Shown in pieces: positions 12,371-25,049 of a stretch of DNA of 64,000 bases. Position 1 is the first letter of the stretch. Every line of letters begins with the position of its first letter. Made by a program: the position numbers and the translations under genes. Origin of the DNA: Octopus sinensis (Eukaryota); contig NW_021832564.1 in NCBI RefSeq assembly GCF_006345805.1, positions 1 through 64,000 on the forward strand, read 5' to 3'. The notes under the pieces are model-generated. The model worked only from the letters and a program-made list of their open reading frames with translations, made no database searches and was not told where the DNA came from.

Positions 12371-12783
12371 TACCTACCAAGATTAATCTTAACCAACCAT
12401 ATGTTTATCTGTAAACTCCCAGTTAAAAACATACAAACAAGAAAATCTAATAAAAATATTTAAATATTTGAAAAAAAAGAAAACTTTTTCGTTGACAAGA
12501 AGATCTGAAAAAAAAAAATGTTGCGTTGAGAAAAATGTTGTGTGTCTGTGATTTAAAGTCAGGAATGTTTCTTCCAGATTCTGTCTGCTTATAAGGAAAT
12601 CACTAACAATAGCACCATTTTTGAAGCTGAAGTGTAAAGTTCTTCCAATTCCTTTCGCCACCAACACCAGTCTGGTTCCTTCCTAACTTTGTCTTTCAAA
12701 AATGATCTCATCCTATTGAAGGGGTACCGGACTGAGGTGGGACGGACTTCGTTATCTCTCCTCTCTCTCTTATTCACTTACTT

Positions 12784-12815
<32 letters not shown>

Positions 12816-13614
12816 CTTCTTGCTTTCTTTTTAACTTTCTCGTTGTTGTCTTTCTTTATCTTTCTCCTTAGATACATCTTTCTTTCTTTAGCCCTTTCTT
12901 TCTTTATTCCTTTCTTTCTTTATTCCTTTCTATCTTTCTCTCCTTCTTTCCCTCTTTTTAAACTCTCTTTTTCTAACTTTCTATTTCTCTTTCTATCCTT
13001 CTTTCTTTCTCTCTATTTGTCTTTCTTTTCTTGTCTCCCCACCCCTCAAAACATCACTTTCTTTGTTCGCTTATTTATGTTTATTCACCCCACCCCCAAC
13101 CCACCACAACCACTATGTTTGTATATATGTATTTATTTTTGTTTTGTTTCTTCTTGTTTTTATTTAGCTCCAGGTCGGCTCTGATTGACAATCTCTCATT
13201 TTTTTATCTTGACACAATGTATCTTGGATTACATCAACCAATGCGATAGTCTTCTTTTAGACAATTGGGTAACGTAAAGAAGGTGGGATTTAACTTCTAT
13301 TTCTAGCAGGTGGAGTTGCTCCAAAGAAGTTCACTCGTTAACTCTTCTGAAAAGTCTTTGTTGTTGCTGATCCCTGATCGAGGAGACTTCAAAGCTGGCC
13401 GAGACAGTTACTAACAACCACGTGCTTTAAAACAACGAAACCCATCTCCTTCCTTAATGGCCACCAGTTCGGCTTCCGTAGAGCCAAAGATGCTGAGTTT
13501 CCTTCATCTATGTCACTCAAAAACAGGTCCTTGTCCTTGAGGAACTTGGAGGAAACAATTTAGTTACACTCAACATGAGCAAAGTGTGCAACAGTGGCTG
13601 GCATGCAGATCTCA

Positions 13615-13850
13615 TCATCATTCATCATTGTTCGACCGTGGTCGAGACAATGGAATTTACCATGCTACGCCAGACTTCACGGTCCATCATGGCATTACGG
13701 AGGTCCTGTTGCTGGATGCCTGTATCCCTGGAGATTACATCAGGGTAGGAGAGTGTGCGCCCTCTGGTATTGCGAGTAGATGGCTTCCAGAGGAGAAGAG
13801 TAGAAATTACCTGTTTTTCAGCTCTACAACAATGTCCAGTAAGATCTAGC
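13615..13850 (-). mobile_element. RTE-clade LINE 3' end
   Basis: GHCCRAEKQVISTLLLWKPS..RGRTLSYPDVISRDTG..DLRNAMMDREVWR, followed by an (ATG)n tail; typical RTE C-terminus. Confidence 0.8.
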
Positions 13851-14381
13851 AAATATCCATGCAGATCTAGCAAATATCCCTGCCCGTGGCCTTCATCTAT
13901 CACTCGTCGTCTCTGGGATCAAGAGCTTCCTTCTAGTTCCACCATCACATCTACTGCATACTTTATCAATTTTAGTGGGTCCTAAGGTTCAGTTTTGCTC
14001 TCAACTCTCCATCAATGGCCAACTTGCCATCACCTTCATCATCGCCCTACTCCTATAGAGATGATAATACCTTTCCCTTTTACATTCCTTCCTAAAACCT
14101 TCCGGATCAAAACTTCGTCCCTATGTAACCAAGGCACTTCAAGCCAAAACTGTTCTTACTTCATAATAAAGAAAACTTGAAAGCACCTGTCCAACGGAGT
14201 ACTACCAAAAGCAGAAAGACAGACTCATTCATATATCGAGAAAACATAATCAGAGACCCTATTATCCAACTTGGATCTTTTGAAATCACAACAAATATTC
14301 ACCTTTCCTTCGAATCACTCTTGGCGATCCCGCATCTTCGACACAATAAAAACTGCATCAGAACAGTTTGTAATTCCTCCT

Positions 14382-15478
14382 TTTAACACATTTGAGCCTC
14401 AGCCTGGCCATGTTCCACACAGCAGACACCATTCCAACCATCTGGCACCAACAAATGCTATCTTCTGCCATCAGTATTGTTGCTGCTGCAGTTGTGGTCG
14501 TCACCGTCATCATCATCACCATCATCATCATCATCCCGTCCTCATTTACACCGATATTTGTCATTGTCATCTTTATTTACATTTCCCCTCCCTTCTTTTC
14601 TTCTTCTTCTTCTTCTTCTTCTTCTTCTTCTTCTTCTTCTTCTTCTTCTTCTTCTTCTTCGTCGTCGTCGTCGTCGTCGTCGTCATCGTCGTCATCGTCT
14701 TCTTTTTCTTCCTCCCCTTCCTCCTTCCCTTCCTCCTCCTTCCCCCTCCCCCCTCCTCCTCATCATCATCAACAGTACCACCAACAGTACCGCCCCCACA
14801 GGACAGTCTTGGTCAGGTAGAGTTACGGTCAAAGGCGATTCATTCGTAAGCATTCCTTCTTGTCTGCAGATAAAGTGTATCGAGGAGTATGTTACCTAAT
14901 GTGTCTTTCCATTTTTTTTTTGGGAGGGGGGTGTATAACTTTGATAGTGATAGGACTGTCCTCTCTCTCTCTCTCTCTCTATCCCTCTCTCCTGCAGTTC
15001 TGTACTTATGCGTGAGGAGTAGGAGTGTGGTCGACGTATGGTCGACGTCATCTTCGATGATGGTGGTACTATTGATGATGATGATGAGGAGGAGGAGGAG
15101 GAAGGGAAGGTCGAGGAAAGGAAGGAGGAAGGGGAGGAAGAAGAAGAAGACGATGACGACGACGACGACGACGACGAAGAAGAAGAAGAAGAAGAAGAAG
15201 GAGGAGAAGGAGGAGGAGAAGGAGAAGAAGAAGAAGAAGAAGAAGAAGAAGAAGAAAAAGAAGAGAGGGGAAATGTAAATAAAGATGGCAATGACAAATA
15301 TCGGTGTAAATGAGGACGGGATGATGATGGTGGTGGTGATGGTGATGATGATGACGGTGACGACCACAACTGCAGCAGCAACAATACTGATGGCAGAAGA
15401 TAGCATTTGTTGGTGCCAATGGTTGGAATGGTGTCTGCTGTGTGGAACATGGCCAGGCTGAGGCTCGAATGTGTTAAA
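14382..15478. repeat. Local inverted duplication: arms 14382-14783 and 15061-15478, 277-bp spacer
   Basis: Non-repetitive parts of the arms are reverse complements with about 3 substitutions and 1 indel, plus microsatellite length changes. Confidence 0.95.
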
Positions 15479-15589
15479 CAAAGACTCGATTTATCTCAGA
15501 TAAGACCTCCTCATGAAGACTGAACGGCGATAGACGTGTCTACGCTAAAGTTAAATATACAAACGTACGCGTGTGTATATTGTAGGCAT

Positions 15590-15785
15590 ACATATATATA
15601 TACATACATATAATATATATATTATATATATTATATATATAATATAATAGCATATATATTGCATATATATGTATATATATATGCATATATATTATATGTG
15701 TGTGTGTGTGTAATATGTATATATACATATATGTGTATATACATGTATGATATATATAATATCTGTGTATGTGTATATATGTATG

Positions 15786-15827
<42 letters not shown>

Positions 15828-15963
15828 AGTATATATATATATATATATAATATATATATATACTATATATAGTATGTATATATATATATATGTATTATAT
15901 ATGTATATGTATATATATATATGTATATATAATGTATATATATATGTATGTATATATATGAGG

Positions 15964-15995
<32 letters not shown>

Positions 15996-16027
15996 GTATA
16001 TATATATATATATATATGTATACATGC

Positions 16028-16072
<45 letters not shown>

Positions 16073-16100
16073 ATAATATATATATACAACCTATATACAT
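15590..16100. repeat. Long imperfect (TA)n tract
   Basis: Read directly. Confidence 0.95.
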
Positions 16101-16288
16101 ATACTTCATAACTATTTGATTCAGCTGCGAATGACTTCTTCCCATATCTGATGAGACTGGCATCGTCCTACGCGCCCAAGAAACCTGCAACCAAATGAGT
16201 CAAACTGAGTCAAACTGTAATTATAAAATATATGTAACTCTTTCCAATGTTCTGACTTCCGTTTTCCAACTCATTTTGCCACGCACTC

Positions 16289-16323
<35 letters not shown>

Positions 16324-16430
16324 ACACACCCACGCACCACACGCACACACACACACACACATGCCTTATCTATATATATATATTATATATATATATATAT
16401 AATATATATATATATACATATATACATATA

Positions 16431-16590
16431 CGACTGGCTTCTTTCAGTTACCGTTACCACCAAATCCACTCACAAGGCTTTAGTCGGCCCGAGGCTATAG
16501 TAGAAGACACATATCCAAGGTGCCACGCAGTGGGACTGAACCCGGAACCATGTGGTTCGTAAGCAAATAACTTACTACACAACCACTCCT
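16431..16590 (-). mobile_element. SINE family C, 5' half
   Basis: Revcomp of AGGAGTGG.TGTAGTAAG…GGTTCCGGGTTCAGTCCCACTGCGTGGCACC…GAAAGAAGCC. Confidence 0.85.
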
Positions 16591-16687
16591 ATATATTCAA
16601 TTTATATATTAATTTAAATTACTTACCAGTAAAACTTTATAGAAATTTCTTTCAATATTAACGAGAAAAAGCAGCGAGTTGGGAAAG

Positions 16688-16850
16688 TGCTTAGCGGCAT
16701 TTCTTCCGACTTCATGTTCTGGGTTGACTTTGCTTTTCATCCTTTTGAGATCGATAAAATAAATACCAATTGTACACTGGGGGGTCGACATAACCGACTT
16801 ACCCATTCCCCGAAATTGCTGGCCTTGTGCCAAAATTTGAAACCAATATT
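16688..16850 (+). mobile_element. Old SINE family B with alternative tail
   Basis: GACTTTGCTTTTCATCC..GATAAAATAAATACC body; tail CCCCGAAATTGCTGGCCTTGTGCC. Confidence 0.65.
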
Positions 16851-17576
16851 AATGAGAAAAGGCAACCAATTTCTAAGGAAAATATTCTCAATGGGTTTTT
16901 TTTTTACCACATGCGCCATAATTTCACCATATTCCAGAATGTTCTCTTTTCAAGATCGTCTCGTTTGAAAGGTCCATTCCAAACAATGTCGAAAAACTTC
17001 TATATTTTTCCTATATCAATTCATTTGCTTGGATTATTTTGTTAATGGAATTTTACAAATTTAACAGCAATGGAAAATACTGATAGACTTTATTTTCAAT
17101 TGAAAGAAAGTAGTCCAGTTAATTTCAGACAAACTAAAACTAGTTCGCGCAATTTGGTTTATATTAAAACAGTGGTATCATTTAATTAAATTAAACTTGT
17201 TATCAAAATGTTTAAGAATAGTTTAGAATATAAAGCTAGAATATAAATAAAGATTGTTATTACGTGTGGGAAGTGAACGAGAATATAACCTAGAATGGTT
17301 ATTTGGTGTAAGAAGTTGTAATCAGTTCGGCTAGAGAGAGTAAATAAACAAGTTGTCTGTTACAGGGCGGTGCAAAAGCCACCAAGTCTAACTGCATTTT
17401 GCGATCTCTGACCATAGTTTGGAAGCTTCGACTGTTGCACCAACTGCATTTTTACACTTCGTGACTTTTAGTCCCCACTTGATGAAGTTTCAAAAATTGA
17501 TGGTTTACTAGGAATTTGTAGGTTGGAAATTCAATATCTAAAGAGAGACAACGGTTGAGTTTAACCATAAACATTT

Positions 17577-17864
17577 TGTTGTGGTGAGAGTACAGCACCC
17601 TCTGACAAGAATAGACGGGGCCACTACATATAAATAGCAGTCGGCAGTTCGTAGTTTGGTTTTCGAAGTCCAGGTACAGTTTACAGTTCGAGTTAGTGTG
17701 TTTGAAATACTGGCTGTTGGTTCGTAAAAGATTGTTGGTTCGTTACGCGCCTGTCACTACCGTTGTTTCTGTTTTGTATTGTTATAGCACTGTTATAGTT
17801 TATTCTTTATCTATCGTCGACAATATCAACCGGACTACGATAATGGAAGCGTAAGGGTATAACA
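17577..17864. mobile_element. Solo LTR, 288 bp
   Basis: TGTTG…TAACA ends with a perfect 5-bp TSD CATTT (17572-17576, 17865-17869); internal TATAAATA at 17629. Confidence 0.7.
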
Positions 17865-17901
17865 CATTTAAATGTATTAAATGGTAGAAATATGGTAGAA
17901 A

Positions 17902-18199
17902 TGGCGCAATGGCCCAGTGGTTAGGGCAGCGGACTCGCAATTGTAGGATCGCGGTTTCGATTCCCAGACCGGGCGTTGTGAGTGTTTATTGAGCGAAAAC
18001 ACCTAAAAGCTCCACGGGGCTCAGGTATTGAGGGTAGCGATCCCCGCTGTACTCTTTCGCCACAACTTTCTCTCACTCTTTCTTCTGTTGGCCAGCTCGT
18101 TTAATCAGCGGGGTGGCGTCATTTGAAGGTTAAAACAATGCGAATCGCATTGTGACCAGCGATGTGTAGCAACATCTGATAGCCTGGTCGTAAAAAAAA
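17902..18199 (+). mobile_element. SINE with family-A head and middle but a different 3' tail (A2)
   Basis: Matches A up to CTTTCTCTCACTCT, then GGCCAGCTCG…GATAGCCTGGTCG plus poly(A); flanked by AAATGGTAGA repeats. Confidence 0.8.
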
Positions 18200-18574
18200 T
18201 GGTAGAGATATACTATGTTCTAAGATTTAGATTTATCAATTTGATTTGTGTTATAATCTTGGCTACGTTATTACAAAATAACAAAGCTGTTATAATGGAG
18301 GCGGTAAGATTTGTTACTTTTCACGCACATATTTTACTGATATAACTGTAAGAGATATTGTTATTTTAAGATGTGCAAGTTTCTGGATGAGATAACACCA
18401 TTGTTCTAACAGGTCCCAAATTCTTTCAAAAACAACTAGTTTACATCAATTACTGATATGACACAACATTCTAAAACAATGTTTTCGATTCATCTCTTTA
18501 CATACCTACCCTTTTAAACGTTTTATTCAAATTTGTAACTTTTTCTTTGTCCTGACCAATCATTAAATGCCATC

Positions 18575-18967
18575 CAGAGGAAAAGCCTCCGCTCGAAAAT
18601 TCGGGTCTAAAAGACATCCTCATCAAGTATTAAAACAAAACACTTTGTTTTAATAACTGACGAAGATGTCTTTTAGCCCCGGCATCTGAAACTCTGAATA
18701 TTATTATGACAACTGACTGATTGTCCTATATTATATATTTATGTATATAAAAATATATGTGTATATATATATGAGTCGCCATGATAGATCGTTAGCCACT
18801 ACCCACTTTTTTTTCTCTCTTTGTTTTTTCTGTGTCCCTTTCTGTAGAAGAGCGTAGGCTCGAAACGTAAAAGACTTTTTCTATTCCTGAGCGTTATACT
18901 AATACATCTGTTTGTTTTGTACACCACCTGTATTCGTCTTTTGTTTTTTTCGTAAACTCTCCCTATA
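18575..18967 (+). mobile_element. Penelope-like terminal-repeat relic with hammerhead-like motifs
   Basis: Three CTGNNGA-A-stem-GAAA-like motifs (18575, 18657, 18842); 18800-18967 recurs at ~45490-45680. Confidence 0.55.
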
Positions 18968-18985
18968 CACACACACACACACACA

Positions 18986-19047
<62 letters not shown>

Positions 19048-19729
19048 GAACAATATATATATATATAATATGGTAGGATGATATATGCACGTATAAATAT
19101 TAATATACAAACACGCGCTCATATAAATTTGTGTTCATGCGCATGCGTGTGTATGTATGTAAATATGTACGTATGTATGTAAGTAAGTGTGTGTGTGTAT
19201 GTGTGTGTGTAAAGATAATATAGGTAACAACAAGTCTCTAATAAAAAGAAATGAGGTTCTGTAAATTTTGCAGATAAATCTGGTGCCTTTTTATCTTGAT
19301 CTTCTTCTTCTTCTTTTTCTTCTTCTTCTTCTTCTTCTTCTTCTTCTTCTTCTTCTTCTTCTTCTTCATTCTTTTCAATTTCTTTTATTTCGACGACAAT
19401 GTCTTCATAATGGTATTTACTGCTTCCTTGCGGAGAAATCATGACTAATATTATTGCACGTCGAACAGTGGCAGCCGGAATAAAACGGCAGCCTTATCCA
19501 ATCTCTGCAGCACAAAGCGGATTGTTCTCACAGGCCATGATAAACGGTGATAAATTAGAAACGTGTGAGACGGACGGACTCATTAGGAAAGGAGAGAAGA
19601 TGCTGGAGGCGGAGGATTGTGACGAAACAAAGAACTCTGCAGTTCTTGGTTATATTTTGGTTTTCTCACCCATAATAGCAGATATTTGAAGACGATACGG
19701 TTCTAGTTTTCGTCACTAGCACATTGCTG

Positions 19730-19755
19730 CGTGCCTGCGTGTGTGTGTGTGTGTG

Positions 19756-19794
<39 letters not shown>

Positions 19795-19923
19795 GTGTGT
19801 GTGTGTCTGTCTGTGTGTACGTGTGTGTGTGTGTGCGTTGTGTGTATGTGTGTGTGTGTACGTGTGTGTGTGTGTGTGTGTGTACGTGTGTGTGTGTGTG
19901 CGTGTGTGTGTGTATGTGTGTTG

Positions 19924-19962
<39 letters not shown>

Positions 19963-19998
19963 GCGTGCGTGTGTGTGCGTGTGTGTGTGTGCGTGTGT
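19730..19998. repeat. (GT)n compound microsatellite
   Basis: Read directly. Confidence 0.95.
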
Positions 19999-20264
19999 TG
20001 TACTGAGAGAATACAATGTGACGTGATAGCTAATACTTTGGAAACTTTACAAAGTATCTAGTCTTCTTTCCATATCACAGCGATTATCATCACTCACTTA
20101 TTTCTGCTACCACCACGACCACCACCACCACTACCACCACCACCACCACCACCACCACTACAACTACGACGATGACGACGACGACGACTACTGCAGCTGC
20201 CACCACCACCGACATTGCTACTGTTATATATAAATATCTCACACTTGCTCTGTTTCGTTTTCTT

Positions 20265-21368
20265 CATGATTTCATTCGTTTTTAAACTTCTGCTCGTGTT
20301 CTTGTTGTTGCTGTGAATCGGCTCCAATAGAGAAGACAGGCTTATAATAATCCCCTGCCCCAACACACACACAGACTTATGATCAAAGGTAGTCCATCGA
20401 TGACCACTGCATCCGAAGACGATCATGATTTCATTCGCTTTTAAACTTCTGCTCGTGTTCTTGTTGTTGCTGTGTATCGGTTCCAATAGAGAAGACAGGC
20501 TTATAATAATCCCCTGCCCCAACACACACACAGACTTATGATCAAAGGTAGTCCATCGATGACCACTGCATCCGAAGACGATCATGATTTCATTCGCTTT
20601 TAAACTTCTGCTCGTGTTTGTTGTTGCTGTGATCGGTTCCAATAGAGAAGACAGGCTATTATAAAATCCCCTGCCCCAACACACACACAGACTTATGATC
20701 AAGGTAGTCCATCGATGACCACTGCATCGAAGACGATCATGATTTCATTCGCTTTTAAACTTCTGCTCGTGTTCTTGTTGTTGCTGTGTATCGGTCCAAT
20801 AGAGAAGACAGGCTTATAATAATCCCCTGCCCCAACACACACACAGACTTATGATCAAGGTAGTCCATCGATGACCATGCATCCGAAGACGATCATGATT
20901 TCATTCGCTTTTAAACTTCTGCTCGTGTTCTTGTTGTTGCTGTGTATCGGTTCCAATAGAGAAGACAGGCTTATAATAATACCCTGCCCCAAACACAACA
21001 CAGACTTATGATCAAAGGTATAGTCCATCGATGACCACTGCATCCGAAGACGATCATGATTTCATTCGCTTTTAAACTTCTGCTCGTGTTCTTGTTGTTG
21101 CTGTGAATCGGCTCCAATAGAGAAGACAGGCTTATAATAATACCCTGCCCCAACACACACAGACTTATGATCAAAGGTAGTCCATCGATGACCACTGCAT
21201 CCGAAGACGATCATGATTTCATTCGCTTTTAAACTTCTGCTCGTGTTCTTGTTGTTGCTGTGAATCGGCTCCAATAGAGAAGACAGGCTTATAATAATAC
21301 CCTGCCCCAACACACACAGACTTATGATCAAAGGTAGTCCATCGATGACCACTGCATCCGAAGACGAT
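20265..21368. repeat. Tandem array of seven 155-161 bp units
   Basis: Unit starts (CATGATTTCATTCG) at 20265, 20424, 20583, 20738, 20894, 21055, 21212. Confidence 0.95.
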
Positions 21369-21495
21369 ACACAATCATTTGAGGAAGATTTAAACATCGA
21401 ATTCTTACGTCGGTAACCACGTGACTTGGGAATGAATTTTTTTCTTCTTTTGTTGTTTTCTTCTAGTCCAGACTTAACATAATCAACGTTTGATT

Positions 21496-21896
21496 AGGAG
21501 TGGCTGTGTGGAAAGTAGCTTGCTTACCAACCACATGGTTCCGGTTTCAGTCCCACTGCGTGGCATCTTGGGCAAGTGTCTTCTGCTAAATCCCCGGGCC
21601 GACCAATGCCTTGTGAGTGGATTTGGTAGACGGAAACTGAAAGAAGCCTGTCGTATATATGTATATAGATGTGTGTGTGTATATGTTTGTGTGTCTGTGT
21701 TTGTCCCCCTAGCATTGCTTGACAACCAATGCTGGTGTGTTTACGTCCCCGTCACTTAGCGGTTCGGCAAAAGAGACCGATAGAATAAGTACTGGGCTTA
21801 CAAAGAATAAGTCCTGGGGTCGATTTGCTCGACTAAAGGCGGTGCTCCAGCATGGCCGCAGTCAAATGACTGAAACAAGTAAAAGAGTAAAGAGAG
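21496..21896 (+). mobile_element. SINE family C, full length, with internal TA/TG microsatellite
   Basis: tRNA-like head, TTGGGCAAGTGTCTTC core-like motif, tail GAAACAAGTAAAAGAG. Confidence 0.9.
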
Positions 21897-22034
21897 TTTA
21901 ATTTGAATTGTAAAAGTTTCATTATATTAGAGTTGGTGTTGTTGTTGCTGTTGTTGTTTAACGAAGTCAGCCCTGAGTAGCCAATAGACAAATGCATCCC
22001 AACTATAAATACTCAGTCCATCTCTCAAGAATAT

Positions 22035-22752
22035 TGGAAGCACTCCGTTGGTTACGACGACGACGGTTCCGGTTGATCCGAATCAACGGAACAGCCTGCT
22101 CGTGAAATTAATGTGTAAGTGGCTGAGCACTCCACAGACACGTGTACCCATAACGTAGTTCTCGAGGATATTCAGCGTGACACAGAGAGTGACAAGGCCG
22201 GCCCCTTGAAATACGGGTACAAGAAAAACAGGAAGTAAGAGTGAGAGAAAGTTGTGGTGAAAGAGTACAGCAGGGATCACCACCATCCCCTGCCGGAGCC
22301 TCGTGGAGCTGTTTTAGGTGTTTTCGCTCAATAAACACTCACAACGCCCGGTCTGGGAATCGAAACCGCGATCCTATGACCGCGAGTCCGCTGCCCTAAC
22401 CACTGGGCCATTGCGCCTCCACTGGTGAAAGAGTACAGCAGGGATCACCACCATCCCCTGCCGGAGCCTCGTGGAGCTTTAGGTGTTTTCGCTCAATAAA
22501 CACTCACAACGCCCGGTCTGGGAATCGAAACCACGATCCTACGACCGCGAGTCCGCTGCCCTAACCACTGGGCCATTGCGCCTCCACTGGTGAAAGAGTA
22601 CAGCAGGGATCACCACCATCCCCTGCCGGAGCCTCGTGGAGCTTTAGGTGTTTTCGCTCAATAAACACTCACAACGCCCGGTCTGGGAATCGAAACCGCG
22701 ATCTTATGACCGCGAGTCCGCTGCCCTAACCACTGGGCCATTGCGCCTCCAC
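22035..22752 (-). mobile_element. SINE family A with its 5' ~166 bp triplicated in tandem
   Basis: Units start at 22256, 22424 and 22589; each carries the full tRNA head. Confidence 0.95.
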
Positions 22753-22887
22753 ATGCTCAGGAATGCGTATCTAGAACAACAAATGTATTGCTCCTTTTAT
22801 TTTTAATTCCTTTTGATACGATATGGTACCGTAACTTGAAGGAGATTTGGTTACAATTTCAGTAATGTTACAGTTGTGTCTGTGATA

Positions 22888-23165
22888 CAAGGGCCGGTTG
22901 GAAAGTTCGTAGGCTGACCAAAATATTCTCATGGAATGTGACCCCCAAATCAAGTTTATTTTTCAACATAATGTCCCTTACAATCCACACAGTTCTTCCA
23001 TCGGTGTTGCAGTGCTTTGATCCCATCGTTGGAAGAAACTTGCAATCTCTTGGTTAAAAAAATCAGCAGCCGATAGGACGTCATCATCAGTGCGATACTG
23101 GTTCTCAGCCAAGTGTTTTTTTGTTGTTTTTTTTCATGTTTCGGAACAGATGACCGTCAGATGGG
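22888..23165 (-). mobile_element. Mariner 3' fragment with TIR
   Basis: TA|CAAGGGCCGGTTGGAAAGTTC end; translation resembles SDxHLFxNMKKxLAxxQYRTDDDV. Confidence 0.65.
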
Positions 23166-23579
23166 ACGAAATCAGGAGAATAGGGTCGGTTATCAACCAG
23201 TTGATCGTATTACAATATAGAACTGAAGAAATAAGGATAAATATGTTGGGGTTTCCGAACAAAAATGATATCAAGAAAGGGATCCCTAAAAAAGAGAGAG
23301 CAACTATATTGGGGAATTCAGGGCTCTCCAACATACATCCAAGGGTTATCATTACGCACGAAAGGTCAATACCTTCTAGTTCTTAACACCAACCTACAGC
23401 TGCAGAGCCCTTGCAGGCTCATTGAGTTAAATTCCACCAATCTCACCAATCAAACTCATAAATCCCACGAATCACAATCATCAATCACACCAACCACCCT
23501 CGTCAATCGCACCAATCACACCAATCACACTCATCAATTCCATCAATCACACTCATCTATCATAAAATTTACAGTGGTG

Positions 23580-23760
23580 GTGATACTGATGGTGATGATG
23601 ATGTTGATGATGATGATGCTGATGATGCTGATGGTGATGGTGATGATGATGATCATGATCATGATCATGATGATCATGTTGAAGGTGATGGTGATGATGA
23701 TGATGATGATGATGATGATAATGGTGATGATGATGGTGATGATGACGATGATGATGATAG
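23580..23760. repeat. (ATG)n compound trinucleotide tract
   Basis: Read directly. Confidence 0.9.
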
Positions 23761-24275
23761 TGCGTGTGTGTAGGGGGTGGGTTGTAATGCTAGTGTTACT
23801 TTGTTGTTGCTACTGTTGTTGTATGTTGTGCGCGTAGAACGTAGACGGGGTAGATCGGAGGGGGGCGGGGTCGAAGCGAATGAAGGAAGCGTGAAAATTA
23901 CTGGGCACAGAAATTACTGAGACGTGAATTAAATGCTACAAAATAAGGGCGGAGGTGGGGGGAACAAACAGAATACTTGGTGTGGAACGGGGTCTTGTTT
24001 AGCCCTTGGTCAACTGTGATCGAGCAGGCCTATGATGAAAGACATTCCAGCAATGACTATCCCACCTTTGATTCGATTTGCAGGGCATCCCACGACAACA
24101 CTATCCAGCGAGTTCATGTCTTTTAAACGATATCGGGGTGAGGCTTGTGGGTGGGGGTGGAGGGCGGATTTAGCCATTATTTCTAGCAGGTCAAGCAACC
24201 ATATAGGGACCCCTTCGTTGGCTCGCTGGTGATAGTGCTGATGGCGACAATGCTCCTGGTGACTTGTTGTTGTTG

Positions 24276-24322
<47 letters not shown>

Positions 24323-25049
24323 GGTGCTGGTGGTGCTGGTGGTGGTGGTGGTGGTGGTGGTGGTGGTGGTGGTGGTGGTGGTGGCGTTAGAGCTGTCACC
24401 TACTTGAAGGCCCTAATGATTTTGACCACTCAAATAACAACGAATTACAAGCTCAGGCTAATTAGTTTATTTAATTATTCATTTTTAAAACCATTATATA
24501 AAGAAAGAAAGAAAAAAACTGACTAGAAACAAGGAAAACTTCAGCAACGCATCGCATGACAAACTGATCGAGTGTATGTTAAAGTAACAATTTCATTGGT
24601 TATTAAACGTTCGACGTCACACATGCGGTAGAAATTGGCGAATAGCGATGTTTGAGTATGGCGTAAAGAGCTGAATGGTTCTATGTCTTGTGTGTGTTGT
24701 TTCGTATGTGTATGTTTGTCTGCGTATGGGTATCTGTCCGTATATGTATGTTTCTGTGTATGCGTTTGTGTATTTGACCGTAAGAGCTAACAACCACATA
24801 AATAATATGATCTATGAATGAAAATAGATGAGAGCGGAGGCCCATGGACGTATTTGTGCGTATGATTATCGTACATACGTATGAGTGTGTGCGCGTGTGT
24901 GTGTGTGTGTGTGTGTGTGTGAGTGTGTTTGGTGTAATCAGGGTATTATTGTATTTGTGTGTGATATATATATATATATATATATATACGTACAATATAT
25001 ATATATGCATGCATATATATACATTCACACACAAGCATATATACACGTA

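Noticed and set aside
12560-12670. Minus-strand VSDFLISRQNLEETFLTL, resembling the ABC-transporter C-terminal SLEEVFL motif
   Set aside because: Short match, upstream in-frame stop, no polypyrimidine acceptor and no other ABC exons seen.
13900-14380. Possible ancient RT/endonuclease relic (minus; DAVFIV…, KYAVDV)
   Set aside because: Many stops and ambiguous motif spacing; cannot be assigned without an HMM search.
16147-16187. CTGATGA-GAC-loop-GTC hammerhead-like start
   Set aside because: GAAA does not follow stem II (12 nt away) and there are no stems I/III.
20265-21368. CRISPR-like or canonical retrozyme interpretation of the tandem array
   Set aside because: No unique spacers, eukaryotic context, and no CTGANGA…GAAA core on either strand by eye.
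23220-23420. RATILGNS, resembling the RLE-LINE QKxxxLGT motif
   Set aside because: Single weak motif with no supporting flanks.
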